37,993 nucleotides of DNA from Octopus bimaculoides (Eukaryota), in the NCBI RefSeq assembly GCF_001194135.2, contig NC_068995.1, forward strand, positions 42,233,201 to 42,271,193. The letters run 5' to 3'. Made by a program: the position numbers and the translations under genes. This document shows positions 10,993 through 22,831 of the stretch, in pieces. The number at the start of each line of letters is the position of its first letter. Within the stretch, counting starts at the first letter, position 1. The notes under the pieces are model-generated. The model saw only the letters and a list, made by a program, of their open reading frames with translations. It did no database searches and was not told the origin of the DNA.

Positions 10993-11467
10993 TGTTATAT
11001 CTATTTGTCACCCTAAGAAACACATCTGCACCGTCTGATGCTTCTGAACCAGTTGTTAAGTATCCCACCCGTGAGGAATCGATGCTAGATATGGCGAAAA
11101 AATTGACGTAATAAATTTTTTAAAATGGAGATTGGGAAGTTAATAATTGTTTATTATTAACACCAAATTGGTCATCTTTACTTACAACCGTTTCTATTAA
11201 TACTCAATAAACATTGAATTTATATTTATACATGAGCATAATAAAATCATAGGAAAAAAGATGTACCTTTGGATCATGTATGTGTGTGTGTTTGTGAATT
11301 CATTTAACGGAGTTTACTAAAATGAGAGTGGGCTGAAGAAGGAGTGATGCTAGATGTATGAAGTCTTGCATGCATTAATTTCAACTCTTACTATTTTTTC
11401 CACGGAGACTGACATTTGACTGTCTAAAGAGGACTTCCAACGAAACAAACAGCGAGCTCCCTTGAAA

Positions 11468-12084
11468 GTGGACAAAATTTGGCATTGTAGCGTTACCAAA
11501 TACCTCAAGAAAAAGGGTTTAGCACACCACCAAGGACATTCATGCTGACACGGTTGTTATATTAATGGATGACACTGCAGTTTTATCGATAGTGCAGAAG
11601 CGGCCAGCTGAATTTAGGAGGGAAAGGCAGAGTCTTGAAGATGACCCGATGTCTAGACGTCCTACAACTGCTACCACTGAGGTAAACGTTGGTCGTGTTC
11701 ACCTTACGGTGATGGATGACGAGCAATTGGCTACAATTCAAATAGCTAAAGCTGTTAGCATATCCTGTGAGAGAGAGAGTTGAGAATATACTGTGCAATG
11801 AATTTGGCATGACGAAAGTTTCTGCTCGAAAGCTGCCAAGTCTTCCGATACCTGATCAAAACCGAACCAGGCTAATTAGATCAAGGGAAAATCTGACGCT
11901 GTGTCAGGCACACCCAACTGGTTTCCTTGAACGTTTCCTAAGCCATCATGAGTCTTGAGTTTATCACTTTAAGACAAAGGCAAAAAGACAATCAATGCAG
12001 TGGAAACCTTTCCTCACTTGCTCCAAAAAAGGTCAAGGTCATTTCGCTGATGGCTTCTGGGTTTTGGTACGCTAAAGATATTGC
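11468..12084 (+). pseudogene. mariner transposase relic, irritans-like, N-terminal half
   Basis: DKIWH..KYLKKKGL; AEFRRERQSLEDDPMSRRP; RVENILCNEFGMTKVSARKLP (WVP motif decayed); FLSHHES*VYHF; KRQSMQWK; MASGFWYAKDI. Two or more frameshifts. Confidence 0.92.
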
Positions 12085-12138
12085 ATGTACGTGTGTGTGT
12101 GTGCATATGTGCGTGCGTGCATGCTCGTGTGTGTGTGT

Positions 12139-12368
12139 CTGTGCCTGTTCCCCCACCACCACTTGACAACCGGTGCTGGTGTAATTACGCACCCCTCCTT
12201 AACTTAGATGTTCGGCAAAAGCAACCGATAGAATAAGTACTAAACTTTAAAAAATAATAGAAAATGTACCGGGGCGGTTTCATTCGACTAGAATTCTTCA
12301 AGGCGGTGCCCCAGCGTGGCTACAGTCTAATGAGTGAAACATAAAAGAATAAAAGAATAAAAGGAATA
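12139..12368 (+). mobile_element. SINE family A, 3' module with (AAAAGAAT)n tail
   Basis: CTTGACAACCGGTGCTGGTG...GTTCGGCAAAAG..CCGATAGAATAAGTACT...AAGGCGGTGCCCCAGC; follows (GT)n. Confidence 0.85.
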
Positions 12369-12373
12369 CATAA

Positions 12374-12417
<44 letters not shown>

Positions 12418-12509
12418 TCGCACGCACACCTATACATGTACGCACATATTTGTATATATATATATAGTTCAAAACTAACTTGCAGAGATGATGCGTGCGT
12501 TCGATCATG

Positions 12510-12741
12510 TAATACAAATAATAAATGAGTTTATACATATATACGTACATGTATGTACGGTGTCAGCTGATGAAGGAAATGTTCTCTATGTGGTCTGTGT
12601 GTTTTCTGTACTCTGTTTATCATTTTGTCCACGTTTTTTTGCAACGTCCTGTACCCAGATATGCATCTATATATACATGTAGATGTAGGTATGTACATAC
12701 ATGTACGTATATATGTATAAAATCATTTATTATTTGTATTA
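12510..12741. repeat. 49-bp inverted repeat, 1 mismatch, 134-nt spacer
   Basis: 12510-12558 versus 12693-12741, checked base by base. Confidence 0.9.
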
Positions 12742-12760
12742 TATATATATATATATATAT

Positions 12761-13058
12761 NNNNNNNNNNNNNNNNNNNNNNNNNNNNNNNNNNNNNNNN
12801 NNNNNNNNNNNNNNNNNNNNNNNNNNNNNNNNNNNNNNNNNNNNNNNNNNNNNNNNNNNNNNNNNNNNNNNNNNNNNNNNNNNNNNNNNNNNNNNNNNNN
12901 NNNNNNNNNNNNNNNNNNNNNNNNNNNNNNNNNNNNNNNNNNNNNNNNNNNNNNNNNNNNNNNNNNNNNNNNNNNNNNNNNNNNNNNNNNNNNNNNNNNN
13001 NNNNNNNNNNNNNNNNNNNNNNNNNNNNNNNNNNNNNNNNNNNNNNNNNNNNNNNNNN
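12761..13058. other. Assembly gap (298 N)
   Basis: Run of N. Confidence 1.
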
Positions 13059-13669
13059 TATATATATGTATATATGTATGTATATATATATGAATGTATG
13101 TGTATGTATGTAAACAGATTTGTTTGTTTTTGTGTGTTGTGTAAGTGGAAGAGTCGATAAGTGGCGGCAAACATTGAAACTAAGTAGACTTGAAAGCCAG
13201 ATAGAGAGATTAGAGAGTGTATCGAATATCTATTGAAAAAAGCCAATCCATCAAACATAACGACTGATCAGTTGACAAATAAACGGATATGAGTGTGTAA
13301 TAGTAAGGGATTATGGGATATTATTATGTAGCTGATATTGAACAACATTCGATACGTATATAAATAATAAGAGAGTCAGGTCAAAAAAAAGTCAAATATA
13401 TAATAAGTTATCAATGTGACAATCTTGCAACCGATTAACCTATCCATCAAATTACAGGTGAGGACGTGTGTGTGTTTGTGTGTGTGCGTGTGTGTGTGTG
13501 TGTGTCTGTATATACGTACAAACATACATATATGCATACATACACACCTATATACGTATACATGCATACATGAGTGTTTGACGTATACATGCTTCTCTTT
13601 TGTATTTCTCCTGTTATATATACATATACATACACACACACACACACACACATATATATACATACATAT

Positions 13670-13706
<37 letters not shown>

Positions 13707-14031
13707 NNNNNNNNNNNNNNNNNNNNNNNNNNNNNNNNNNNNNNNNNNNNNNNNNNNNNNNNNNNNNNNNNNNNNNNNNNNNNNNNNNNNNNNNNNNNNN
13801 NNNNNNNNNNNNNNNNNNNNNNNNNNNNNNNNNNNNNNNNNNNNNNNNNNNNNNNNNNNNNNNNNNNNNNNNNNNNNNNNNNNNNNNNNNNNNNNNNNNN
13901 NNNNNNNNNNNNNNNNNNNNNNNNNNNNNNNNNNNNNNNNNNNNNNNNNNNNNNNNNNNNNNNNNNNNNNNNNNNNNNNNNNNNNNNNNNNNNNNNNNNN
14001 NNNNNNNNNNNNNNNNNNNNNNNNNNNNNNN
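13707..14031. other. Assembly gap (325 N)
   Basis: Run of N. Confidence 1.
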
Positions 14032-14086
14032 NCATATATATAAAATCAGACAAAGTTGGAATTTCTTTGATATATATATGTGTGTG

Positions 14087-14126
<40 letters not shown>

Positions 14127-14479
14127 CGTTGACTGAATTTGCATGTTGTGATTCTTGTTATTAATGCTGTTGATCCATAAAAAAAACTATTAATGACCCC
14201 ATTAAATCCATGAATGTCGACATTGTTTAATATCTGTGGATATTATGCGGATGATGTCGGTGATGTTATTCTTGTTTAACTCCGGCCAGGTTTTAGCAAG
14301 CAGACCTAAGGATATAAGTGTTCAACTTGTAATCATCCTTCTTGTTTATACATCAAACTAAACATTGACTACTGTATACGTCTTCATTAAACACTATAAC
14401 ACGGGAGTTCAAGTTATCTACGCTGCTAGTTCTAGAAGCTTTCTAGATTTCAAATAACCAATTGGTGGGATTTGAAAGC

Positions 14480-15490
14480 AGAACTCAGAACTTGAAGTAA
14501 ACATTCAATTCACGATGGAATATAACCATCAACAACTTCTCTTCGACATTCTCATTAAGAAATCTAACAACGTAATAGAAACAGACATATACTATAAGCC
14601 CACGGACTCCAAGCAATATCTACCGTTCAACTCATGCCACCCCAGACACACCAGAATGGATATCCCCTTCAACCTAGTAAAAAGGATATGTACTATAGTT
14701 TCTAATGCAAGCACCAGAGACACACGACTGCATGAACTAAAGGATACACTCATCACCAGGTACTACCCACCTTCACTAATTGACATATGCTTTCAACGTG
14801 CCCTTCAACTCAACATCCAGGAACTCAGACATCCCAAATTAAAGAAGGATTTACAACCAAAAGCCCTACCATACATCTCCACATACAAACCTCTTAACAA
14901 TGAAACCTTCAAAACATTCCCTTGCTATAAAAAGGGCTACAGAATGAGCTTAATCCTCGAAACGCACACCATCATAAAACAGCAAGAGACAACCCAAATC
15001 TATAAAATGTCTCCTAACACAAGCCCGAATACTCCCAACAACACAGAAGCCTTCAGTAAAAAAAATGCGGAAGACCCAACTGTGGGATATGCGTGAATTT
15101 AATTGAGGGATCAGAGTTCTCCTTCAAACAGGGATGTTTCACAGTGCATAGCAACTTCACATGTGCATCGGAGAACCTGATATATGCACTAACCTGCTCT
15201 GGGTGTCAAGAGCAATACATAGGCCAAACAAAAACAGTCTTCGTAAAAGAATGGCTCTGCACAGATCCCAGATCAAAATTCCCCAAAACAGAAAAATACC
15301 ATTCAGCCAACGTATCGGTATTTGCGCCAATAACAAAAATCCAAGCTTCAATATTTTTCCACTCTACCAATTCAGCGACGATGCAACCTGTTGCCAACGA
15401 ATTAGAAAAGAGACTCTCTTTATTACAAAATACAGACCCCTTTTGAACGCGTCTACAACAAACGACATATCCACCACGGCCCTAGAATAA
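14480..15490 (+). pseudogene. Penelope-like retroelement, 5'-truncated: RT thumb plus GIY-YIG endonuclease
   Basis: IQFTME..LLFDILI..TDIYYKPTDSKQYLPFNSCHPRH (PLE RT C-terminus); NFTCASENLIYALTCSGCQEQYIGQT (LIY at 15177, YIG at 15216); LRKRMALHRSQI...KETLFITKYRPLLN. Several frameshifts; RT catalytic DD absent. Confidence 0.92.
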
Positions 15491-15995
15491 CACAAACGCA
15501 CACGCAAATGTTAAAAAATGATCCACACAAGAGATTCCCAAGAATTTATTAAAAAACAGTCCCAATCGCTGCTATAATCCATAACAAGTTCTTTTAGGTC
15601 ACTTGACCATTTAACACCCTACTACTATCATACTACCTACATTCCTTCTTACTCTCCCTTCTCTTTCTCCTTCTTCTTTGTCTTCTTCTTCTTTGTCTTC
15701 TTCTTCTTTGTCTTCTTCTTCTTTGTCTTCTTCTTCTTTGTCCTCTTCTTCTTTGTCTTCTTCTTCTTTGTCTTCTTCTTCTTTGTCTTCTTCTTCTTTG
15801 TCTTCTTCTTCTTTGTCTTCTTCTTCTTCTCCGCCAACTCCTTCCTTACTTTACTACTACTGCTGTTTAGAATAACACCTACGCAAATTTTATAAACGAT
15901 ACATTCAAAAGAGATATCTCAAGAATTCAATCATTACTATCGTCCATTACAGGTCACTTTCAGGTCACTTGACCATTTAACACACTACTATCATG
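15483..15995 (+). repeat. Diverged direct repeat of the Penelope 3' end (15483-15633 and 15868-15995)
   Basis: Both start TAGAATAACAC and share the identical 22-mer AGGTCACTTGACCATTTAACAC (15596 and 15962). Confidence 0.85.
15668..15825. repeat. 15-bp minisatellite (TTCTTCTTCTTTGTC)n, about 10 units
   Basis: Direct reading; explains the KKKTK and SSSSL ORFs. Confidence 0.95.
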
Positions 15996-16048
15996 GCAAT
16001 CCTGCATTCTTCTTCTTCTTCTTCTTCTTCTTCTTCTTCTTCTTCTTC

Positions 16049-16381
16049 NNNNNNNNNNNNNNNNNNNNNNNNNNNNNNNNNNNNNNNNNNNNNNNNNNNN
16101 NNNNNNNNNNNNNNNNNNNNNNNNNNNNNNNNNNNNNNNNNNNNNNNNNNNNNNNNNNNNNNNNNNNNNNNNNNNNNNNNNNNNNNNNNNNNNNNNNNNN
16201 NNNNNNNNNNNNNNNNNNNNNNNNNNNNNNNNNNNNNNNNNNNNNNNNNNNNNNNNNNNNNNNNNNNNNNNNNNNNNNNNNNNNNNNNNNNNNNNNNNNN
16301 NNNNNNNNNNNNNNNNNNNNNNNNNNNNNNNNNNNNNNNNNNNNNNNNNNNNNNNNNNNNNNNNNNNNNNNNNNNNNNNNN
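16049..16381. other. Assembly gap (333 N)
   Basis: Run of N. Confidence 1.
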
Positions 16382-16430
16382 AATCTATTTTTTTTTCTAG
16401 TTAATTTTTGTTTATTTTCAGATCATTAAA

Positions 16431-16964
16431 ATGAAATATCAAGTTAAGAAAAACGAGTATTTTCGACACCTCCTTCTTTTTGCTTTTAAACAAGGTTCTA
16501 AGGCTGCAAAAGCTGCTCGTGACATTTGTGCTGTGTATAGACGGGGTGCCATAGATGAAAGAACCGTTCGTGATTGGTATGCCAAGTTCAAAAATGGAAA
16601 TTTTGACCTCAAAGATGCACCTCGTTCTGTCCGTCCAGATGAGTTCGATGAAGAACGATTAAACCAACTTTTGCACGAAAGTTCTCGTCAAACGACAAGG
16701 GAACTGGCAGAGAAAATGAAATGCTCCCACGCTGCTATAGAGAAGCATCTTCACTCGATGGGAAAGGTTTAGAAGTATGGAACATGGGTTCCGCATGCTT
16801 TAAGTGACAACAAAAATTAACGAGCCACAATTTACTTGCTCGTCACCGCTCAACTCATGGACACAAGCAACGATTTCTTTACCGAATCGTTACTGGCGAC
16901 GAAAAATAGTGCCTGTACATCAATATGAAGCAGCGTAAGGAATGGCTTAGCCCTGGTAAACAAG
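16431..16964 (+). pseudogene. mariner transposase relic (mellifera/cecropia-like), N-terminal half
   Basis: FRHLLLFAFKQG..ERTVRDWYAKFKNGNFDLKDAPRS.RP; TTRELAEK; stop; WVPHAL (16785); RIVTGDEK* (first catalytic D); NMKQRKEWLSPGKQ, then abrupt end. Confidence 0.95.
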
Positions 16965-17838
16965 ATAAGAAAATTGTTAAATGAAGAAATAGAAAGTATT
17001 GCTTCAGATGGACACTGTTTTAGATCAAAACTGGATGACACGACAAGTAATATTCATGTAGCTATTCTGCTCCCCAAACACAAACTGCTTAATTCGATCT
17101 ATGAACCAGTGGATTATTGTTACATTTGAAGCTTAATTTAGGGTGCGTAATTAAATTCTCTTATGGTGAAAGTAAACCTATTGTAACGGAATTTTGGCGT
17201 GGTTCCCTTTTCATAAAATGCAATTAAAAATTTGACGAGAAGACAAACATCCGTAATGAATCTTATCGATGACAAAATCTATCTCAAGACTGCATGACAA
17301 ACTTCATGGGTCTTCAGGAGCCAATGCAAAATGTTCACCAGGAGATAGTTGAGCTGATACATCCGGTTGCATTTAACGAAATGTATAAAGGACGTGGTGG
17401 AACTTTTATTTTATTAAAATTATTGTAGTTCTGACCATCCATACATTGAGCTTCAAATATATGACAGAAATTTATTTTGGATTCTTTAGCGAACTTGAAG
17501 CGAAATAAAAGTCAAGAATATTTCTGAACAAAATTTTAAGGAAAATGATAAAAAAAAGTAATAAATGAAATAAATGAATAAATAAATAAAATGGCCACCA
17601 CTAACAATAACAACAATAACACGCACGATGTAATCGAAGGGTGACCTTTCCTTTGCAGTTTGGTGTGATATTTTCCCTAAAGTAAGGCTGTTCTTTCAGA
17701 GATAAACCATATTTCTCTGGTATCCGATCTAAACCAGTTTCGTATTTCGTAAAAAGGAAATAACTTTGGTATTTATAGAAGAGAGAAAGCGAGAGAGAGG
17801 CAGAGAGAGAGAGAGAGAGAGAGAGAGGCAGAGAGAGA

Positions 17839-18150
17839 NNNNNNNNNNNNNNNNNNNNNNNNNNNNNNNNNNNNNNNNNNNNNNNNNNNNNNNNNNNNNN
17901 NNNNNNNNNNNNNNNNNNNNNNNNNNNNNNNNNNNNNNNNNNNNNNNNNNNNNNNNNNNNNNNNNNNNNNNNNNNNNNNNNNNNNNNNNNNNNNNNNNNN
18001 NNNNNNNNNNNNNNNNNNNNNNNNNNNNNNNNNNNNNNNNNNNNNNNNNNNNNNNNNNNNNNNNNNNNNNNNNNNNNNNNNNNNNNNNNNNNNNNNNNNN
18101 NNNNNNNNNNNNNNNNNNNNNNNNNNNNNNNNNNNNNNNNNNNNNNNNNN
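17839..18150. other. Assembly gap (312 N)
   Basis: Run of N. Confidence 1.
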
Positions 18151-18977
18151 TATATATATATATACATATACATTTATATATATATATAGATAGATATATA
18201 TATACATACATACATACATACATACATACATAGACACACAGACACACACACACACACTCACACACATACACATATTCATTATGTAATGTGCACATGCACG
18301 AAGACATGTATACGCATATTCACGCATATTCATCACTATATATGCATATATGTATACACACACACGCATGCACACACAAACATACACACATAACATAAAT
18401 AATATGAGTAGACCTTCAAAGAACAATACTTCCGGTGGGATAGGGCAGCAAGAAACGTGTATATCCGGTTGGCATTTTGTTGGCTTAGCCGGAAGAACAT
18501 TGCAGAGTTACCTACTCTTAGGACTACTTGCTATAGGAAGAAGGCGCTGCGTGAGCATCGCTCTTGTAGAGGATGCAGAGTTCGTAAGTAAACCAGCTTC
18601 TGGATAAAAAAAAGATGCTTAAGTAAACATAAAAATTTTGAAAAATGCCATTGTTTCTCTTTGTATGGGTGTTCATTTGTGACTATATGCACAAATAGTT
18701 ATATATATATATATATACACAGGCATGAACGCATACTGAAGTCTCTGTCTTTCAGTATGTATGCGCATTTTATATTCAAACACCCACGCACAAATATAGA
18801 TATCTAGATGAAACACACCTAAATATGCAGAGGTTTCTACATATGAAAACACTGGACTTAAGATACATCGTTGATGAGGATGATGATGTACTTACCCTTC
18901 TTAAATTTTGCGGCCATATTCTTTACTTTTAACGATTATCTGACTGTCTTTCTGTTATATGTATATATATATATATA

Positions 18978-19271
18978 NNNNNNNNNNNNNNNNNNNNNNN
19001 NNNNNNNNNNNNNNNNNNNNNNNNNNNNNNNNNNNNNNNNNNNNNNNNNNNNNNNNNNNNNNNNNNNNNNNNNNNNNNNNNNNNNNNNNNNNNNNNNNNN
19101 NNNNNNNNNNNNNNNNNNNNNNNNNNNNNNNNNNNNNNNNNNNNNNNNNNNNNNNNNNNNNNNNNNNNNNNNNNNNNNNNNNNNNNNNNNNNNNNNNNNN
19201 NNNNNNNNNNNNNNNNNNNNNNNNNNNNNNNNNNNNNNNNNNNNNNNNNNNNNNNNNNNNNNNNNNNNNNN
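18978..19271. other. Assembly gap (294 N)
   Basis: Run of N. Confidence 1.
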
Positions 19272-19382
19272 ATATATATACATCCATACATCCATACATC
19301 CATACATACACACACACACACACACACACACATACACACATATAGCGACTTCACCCTATGTGCTATAGCATATATATATATA

Positions 19383-19540
19383 TAGACGACAGACTTTTTC
19401 TGCCTACCAAATCCACTCACAAGACTTTGGTCGAACCGATGCTAAAGTAGAAGAAATTTGCTCAAGGTGACACGCAGTGGGACGGAATGCGGAACCATAT
19501 GATTGTGAAGCAAGTTTCTTACCACACAGTCACGCATAGG
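19383..19540 (-). mobile_element. SINE family A, 5' half
   Basis: CTACCAAATCCACTCACAAGACTTTGGTCG...CACGCAGTGGGAC...CTTACCACACAGTCAC. Confidence 0.85.
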
Positions 19541-19554
19541 AGAAATGACGTTAA

Positions 19555-19853
19555 ACACAAGTTTATATAATTTGTTTCTACGTACGTTTCACCATTGTGT
19601 TTGCTTGGAATGCAGCATTGGATATTCAAAGTGCAATTGGGTTCTTAATCACAACAGATCATCGGGAAACACTTTATTGCGCTTGTTGTAGAGAGCTAAT
19701 GCCTCATTAATTCTCTGCAACGTAAAACAAAAATGTCTTCCCCTGATGATGCGACGTAGTTAAGTACCTAAGTGCAGTTGGAATATCCAATGCAGAATTC
19801 GAAACAACCAGAATGGTGAGACGTACGTAGGAACAAATGATACAAACTTGTGT
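19555..19853. repeat. About 300-nt imperfect palindrome with a 3-nt loop
   Basis: Outer 81 bp pair without gaps at 69/81; similarity continues inward to GTTGTAGAGAGCTAATG-CCT-CATTAATTCTCTGCAAC. Confidence 0.9.
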
Positions 19854-20148
19854 AGATCATAATTTCTCTTATAAGTTCTGTATACCATAAGCAGTTAAGC
19901 AGTACTATTATTAAGTACAATAGTACCACTACACTGTACATTTCTTCAAAGGAGCCATGTTAAGGAAACACTCGGTTTAAAGGGTACGTCGTTGATGAGA
20001 TGTTGATGATACTGTCGACATTACTGTAGTTGTTCTGATTATTAATGTTGTTAGTATTGCTACCGATGTCTTCGTCCTTAGAATGGTTTCCTATTGAATT
20101 TCGAAAAAAAAAGCGTTGAAGAATTATAGATGTTTTCGATGAGTAGAA

Positions 20149-20337
20149 TTATAGATGTTTTCGATCTAGTTTAGATTCTTTGCCATCAAATTTGAATTCT
20201 TTGCCATCAAATTTGAATTCTTTACCATCAAATTAGAATTCTTTGCAATCAAATTTGAATTCTGTCCAATCAAATTTGATGGCAAAGAATTCAAATCTGA
20301 TGGCAAAGAATCCAAACTAGATCGAAAACATCTATAA
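20149..20337. repeat. 189-nt foldback element with 68-bp arms and 21-bp internal tandem units
   Basis: 20149-20216 versus 20270-20337, 2 mismatches; unit GAATTCTTTGCCATCAAATTT, 5 forward and 2 reverse. Confidence 0.95.
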
Positions 20338-20591
20338 ATAATTAAACTAAGTTTCACTACAGCCTAACTCTAGGACAAGGTGAACGCTTTGAATTTCAGT
20401 TACAGCCCATATGATGGGCTTCCACACAGTTTCCGTTTACATGACTTCCAGATTAACTCCAGGTCATGGTTGAAAACTTTTGTCCAAAACAGATATACCA
20501 TGGCGTAATTATCGAACCTCTGACCTTTACATTCCAAAATATGTTTCTTACTCTGAGTCCTTATATACGTAACACACTTTAGTACTCGGAT

Positions 20592-20641
<50 letters not shown>

Positions 20642-20797
20642 NNNNNNNNNNNNNNNNNNNNNNNNNNNNNNNNNNNNNNNNNNNNNNNNNNNNNNNNNNN
20701 NNNNNNNNNNNNNNNNNNNNNNNNNNNNNNNNNNNNNNNNNNNNNNNNNNNNNNNNNNNNNNNNNNNNNNNNNNNNNNNNNNNNNNNNNNNNNNNNN
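20642..20797. other. Assembly gap (156 N)
   Basis: Run of N. Confidence 1.
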
Positions 20798-20965
20798 ATG
20801 CGCACACACACGCTCGCACATAAAACAAACAACGATATTCTATGTAATTTTTTGCATCTGTCCCACATTAATGCACCAAAATTGGGATCTAAAAGATACT
20901 CATTTCGTGTTTCAATATACCATTCTCTCTCCCCCTCTCTCCCTATCTCTTCGTTACACACACAC

Positions 20966-21004
<39 letters not shown>

Positions 21005-21853
21005 ACACGTCTTCTCTCTCTAATTTTCCTCTCTGTCATCTCAACACCACCACCATCACCACTCCACCATCACGTCTCATTCTAGATACACTTTACGTTT
21101 GTAATCACCGTCTCTCTCTCTCTCCCTGTCTCTCTCTGTCTCTCTGTCTCTCTATCTGTCTCTCTCTCTGTCTCTCTCTCTCTCTGTCTCTCTCTCCCTC
21201 TCTCTATCAATTCTCTAACCTCACTACCACCACAACCACTACCCACTCACCCCTACTAGCTACTACGACATCCCATTATCTTTCTCATAGACTTTACATT
21301 GGTAATCTCACATTCTCATTCCCTCCTCTCTCTCTCTTTAACAACCTATATTTCCCCCCCCCCACCACCACCACAGCCGCCGCCGCTGTTACGTCTCTTT
21401 ACATTGGTAATTCCATGCCATCTTTATTCCGTTTATATTGGTATTATTATTAAAAGCATGTCAATACAGCCTCCACCTTCTCCCTACGAATCTTTCTCTT
21501 CATTTAAACTCCGGCTTTCAATAGTAATCTCTTCGTATTAGTTTCATCATGTTCCTTTAAATGTGTGCGTACGAGTAAATGTACAGGTAGAGCTGTGTAT
21601 GTGTGTGTGTGCATAAAAATATATATGTATGTATATACACCCTATATGTGTGTATCTGTATACTTACAAATATACCTATCTACAAGTACACACGTACACA
21701 CACACACAACACATATTTACATATTTACATATATGTTTTTATATACATGCATACACATGCATCATACACACGCGTATTTTTAATAAATCTGTATGTATGT
21801 ATTTATCTATCTATAGCTTCTCTCTCTCTCTCTCTCTCTTTATATAAGATCGG

Positions 21854-21983
21854 NNNNNNNNNNNNNNNNNNNNNNNNNNNNNNNNNNNNNNNNNNNNNNN
21901 NNNNNNNNNNNNNNNNNNNNNNNNNNNNNNNNNNNNNNNNNNNNNNNNNNNNNNNNNNNNNNNNNNNNNNNNNNNNNNNNNNN
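21854..21983. other. Assembly gap (130 N)
   Basis: Run of N. Confidence 1.
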
Positions 21984-22027
21984 ATATATATATGTATATG
22001 TATATGTACATACATATACATATACAT

Positions 22028-22061
<34 letters not shown>

Positions 22062-22424
22062 ATTTGTATATACATATGCATAATATATATACATACACAC
22101 GCAGATATATGTATGTATGTATATATATATCCACTGTCAATTTCTTTCTTTCTATCACTATCTTCCTACTTGTTCCCACTGTAACAATCTCTTTAGCTAT
22201 ATATTTACCGACTCATCTACCTACTAATCTTTTTACCTATCTTCCTTCTTAACTACCCTTTCTTACCGACATACCTACCTACCTACCTATCTACATAAGT
22301 ATCTTTACTGCATCTCCCAACAGACCTACCCACCTGTATTTATACGATTGTCCAGTGATTTCTACGCTTGTCTCTTTATCTACTCTCTGTAGCTTTTGTT
22401 TTATTTTGTCTTCTACACATAAGC

Positions 22425-22590
22425 ACTCTCTCTCCCTCTCTCTCTCTCTCTGTGTCCCTTTCTCTCTCTCTCTGTGTCCCTTTCTCTCTCTCTCTGTGTC
22501 CCTTTCTCTCTCTCTGACCCTTTCTCTTTCTCTGTCCCTCTCTCTCTGTCCCCCTCTCTCTCTGTCCTCCTCTCTCTCTGTCCCTCTCTC
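22425..22590. repeat. CT-rich compound repeat with recurring TGTGTCCCTTT/TGTCCC interruptions
   Basis: Direct reading. Confidence 0.9.
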
Positions 22591-22831
22591 GAGCAAACAA
22601 ACAGCATAGATCTTAACGCAAATACTAAAACCAAACATTCCTCCTCTTCAGTTCCAGTTCCACTGCCAATCAACGTTGAATCAAAATGTTGTTAATGATC
22701 AAAACTTCTTGCAAAAACCAAAATGTACAATGGTTCCACCAACTTAAGTAGCAGTTAATTTGGAGAGAACGAGAGATCGACGCGAAGAGCGATACCAGTC
22801 TTTTGTGTATAGATGTGAAACACTGACCCAC

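Noticed and set aside
16965-17440. Possible hAT/Buster-like transposase traces (KLDDTT; HQEIVELI)
   Set aside because: Only short resemblance, with stops and no diagnostic motif set.
20173-20313. 21-bp units as a CRISPR array, or as a KNSNLMA repeat protein
   Set aside because: Units are contiguous with no spacers, there are no cas genes and the context is eukaryotic; the ORF is a by-product of the 21-nt period.
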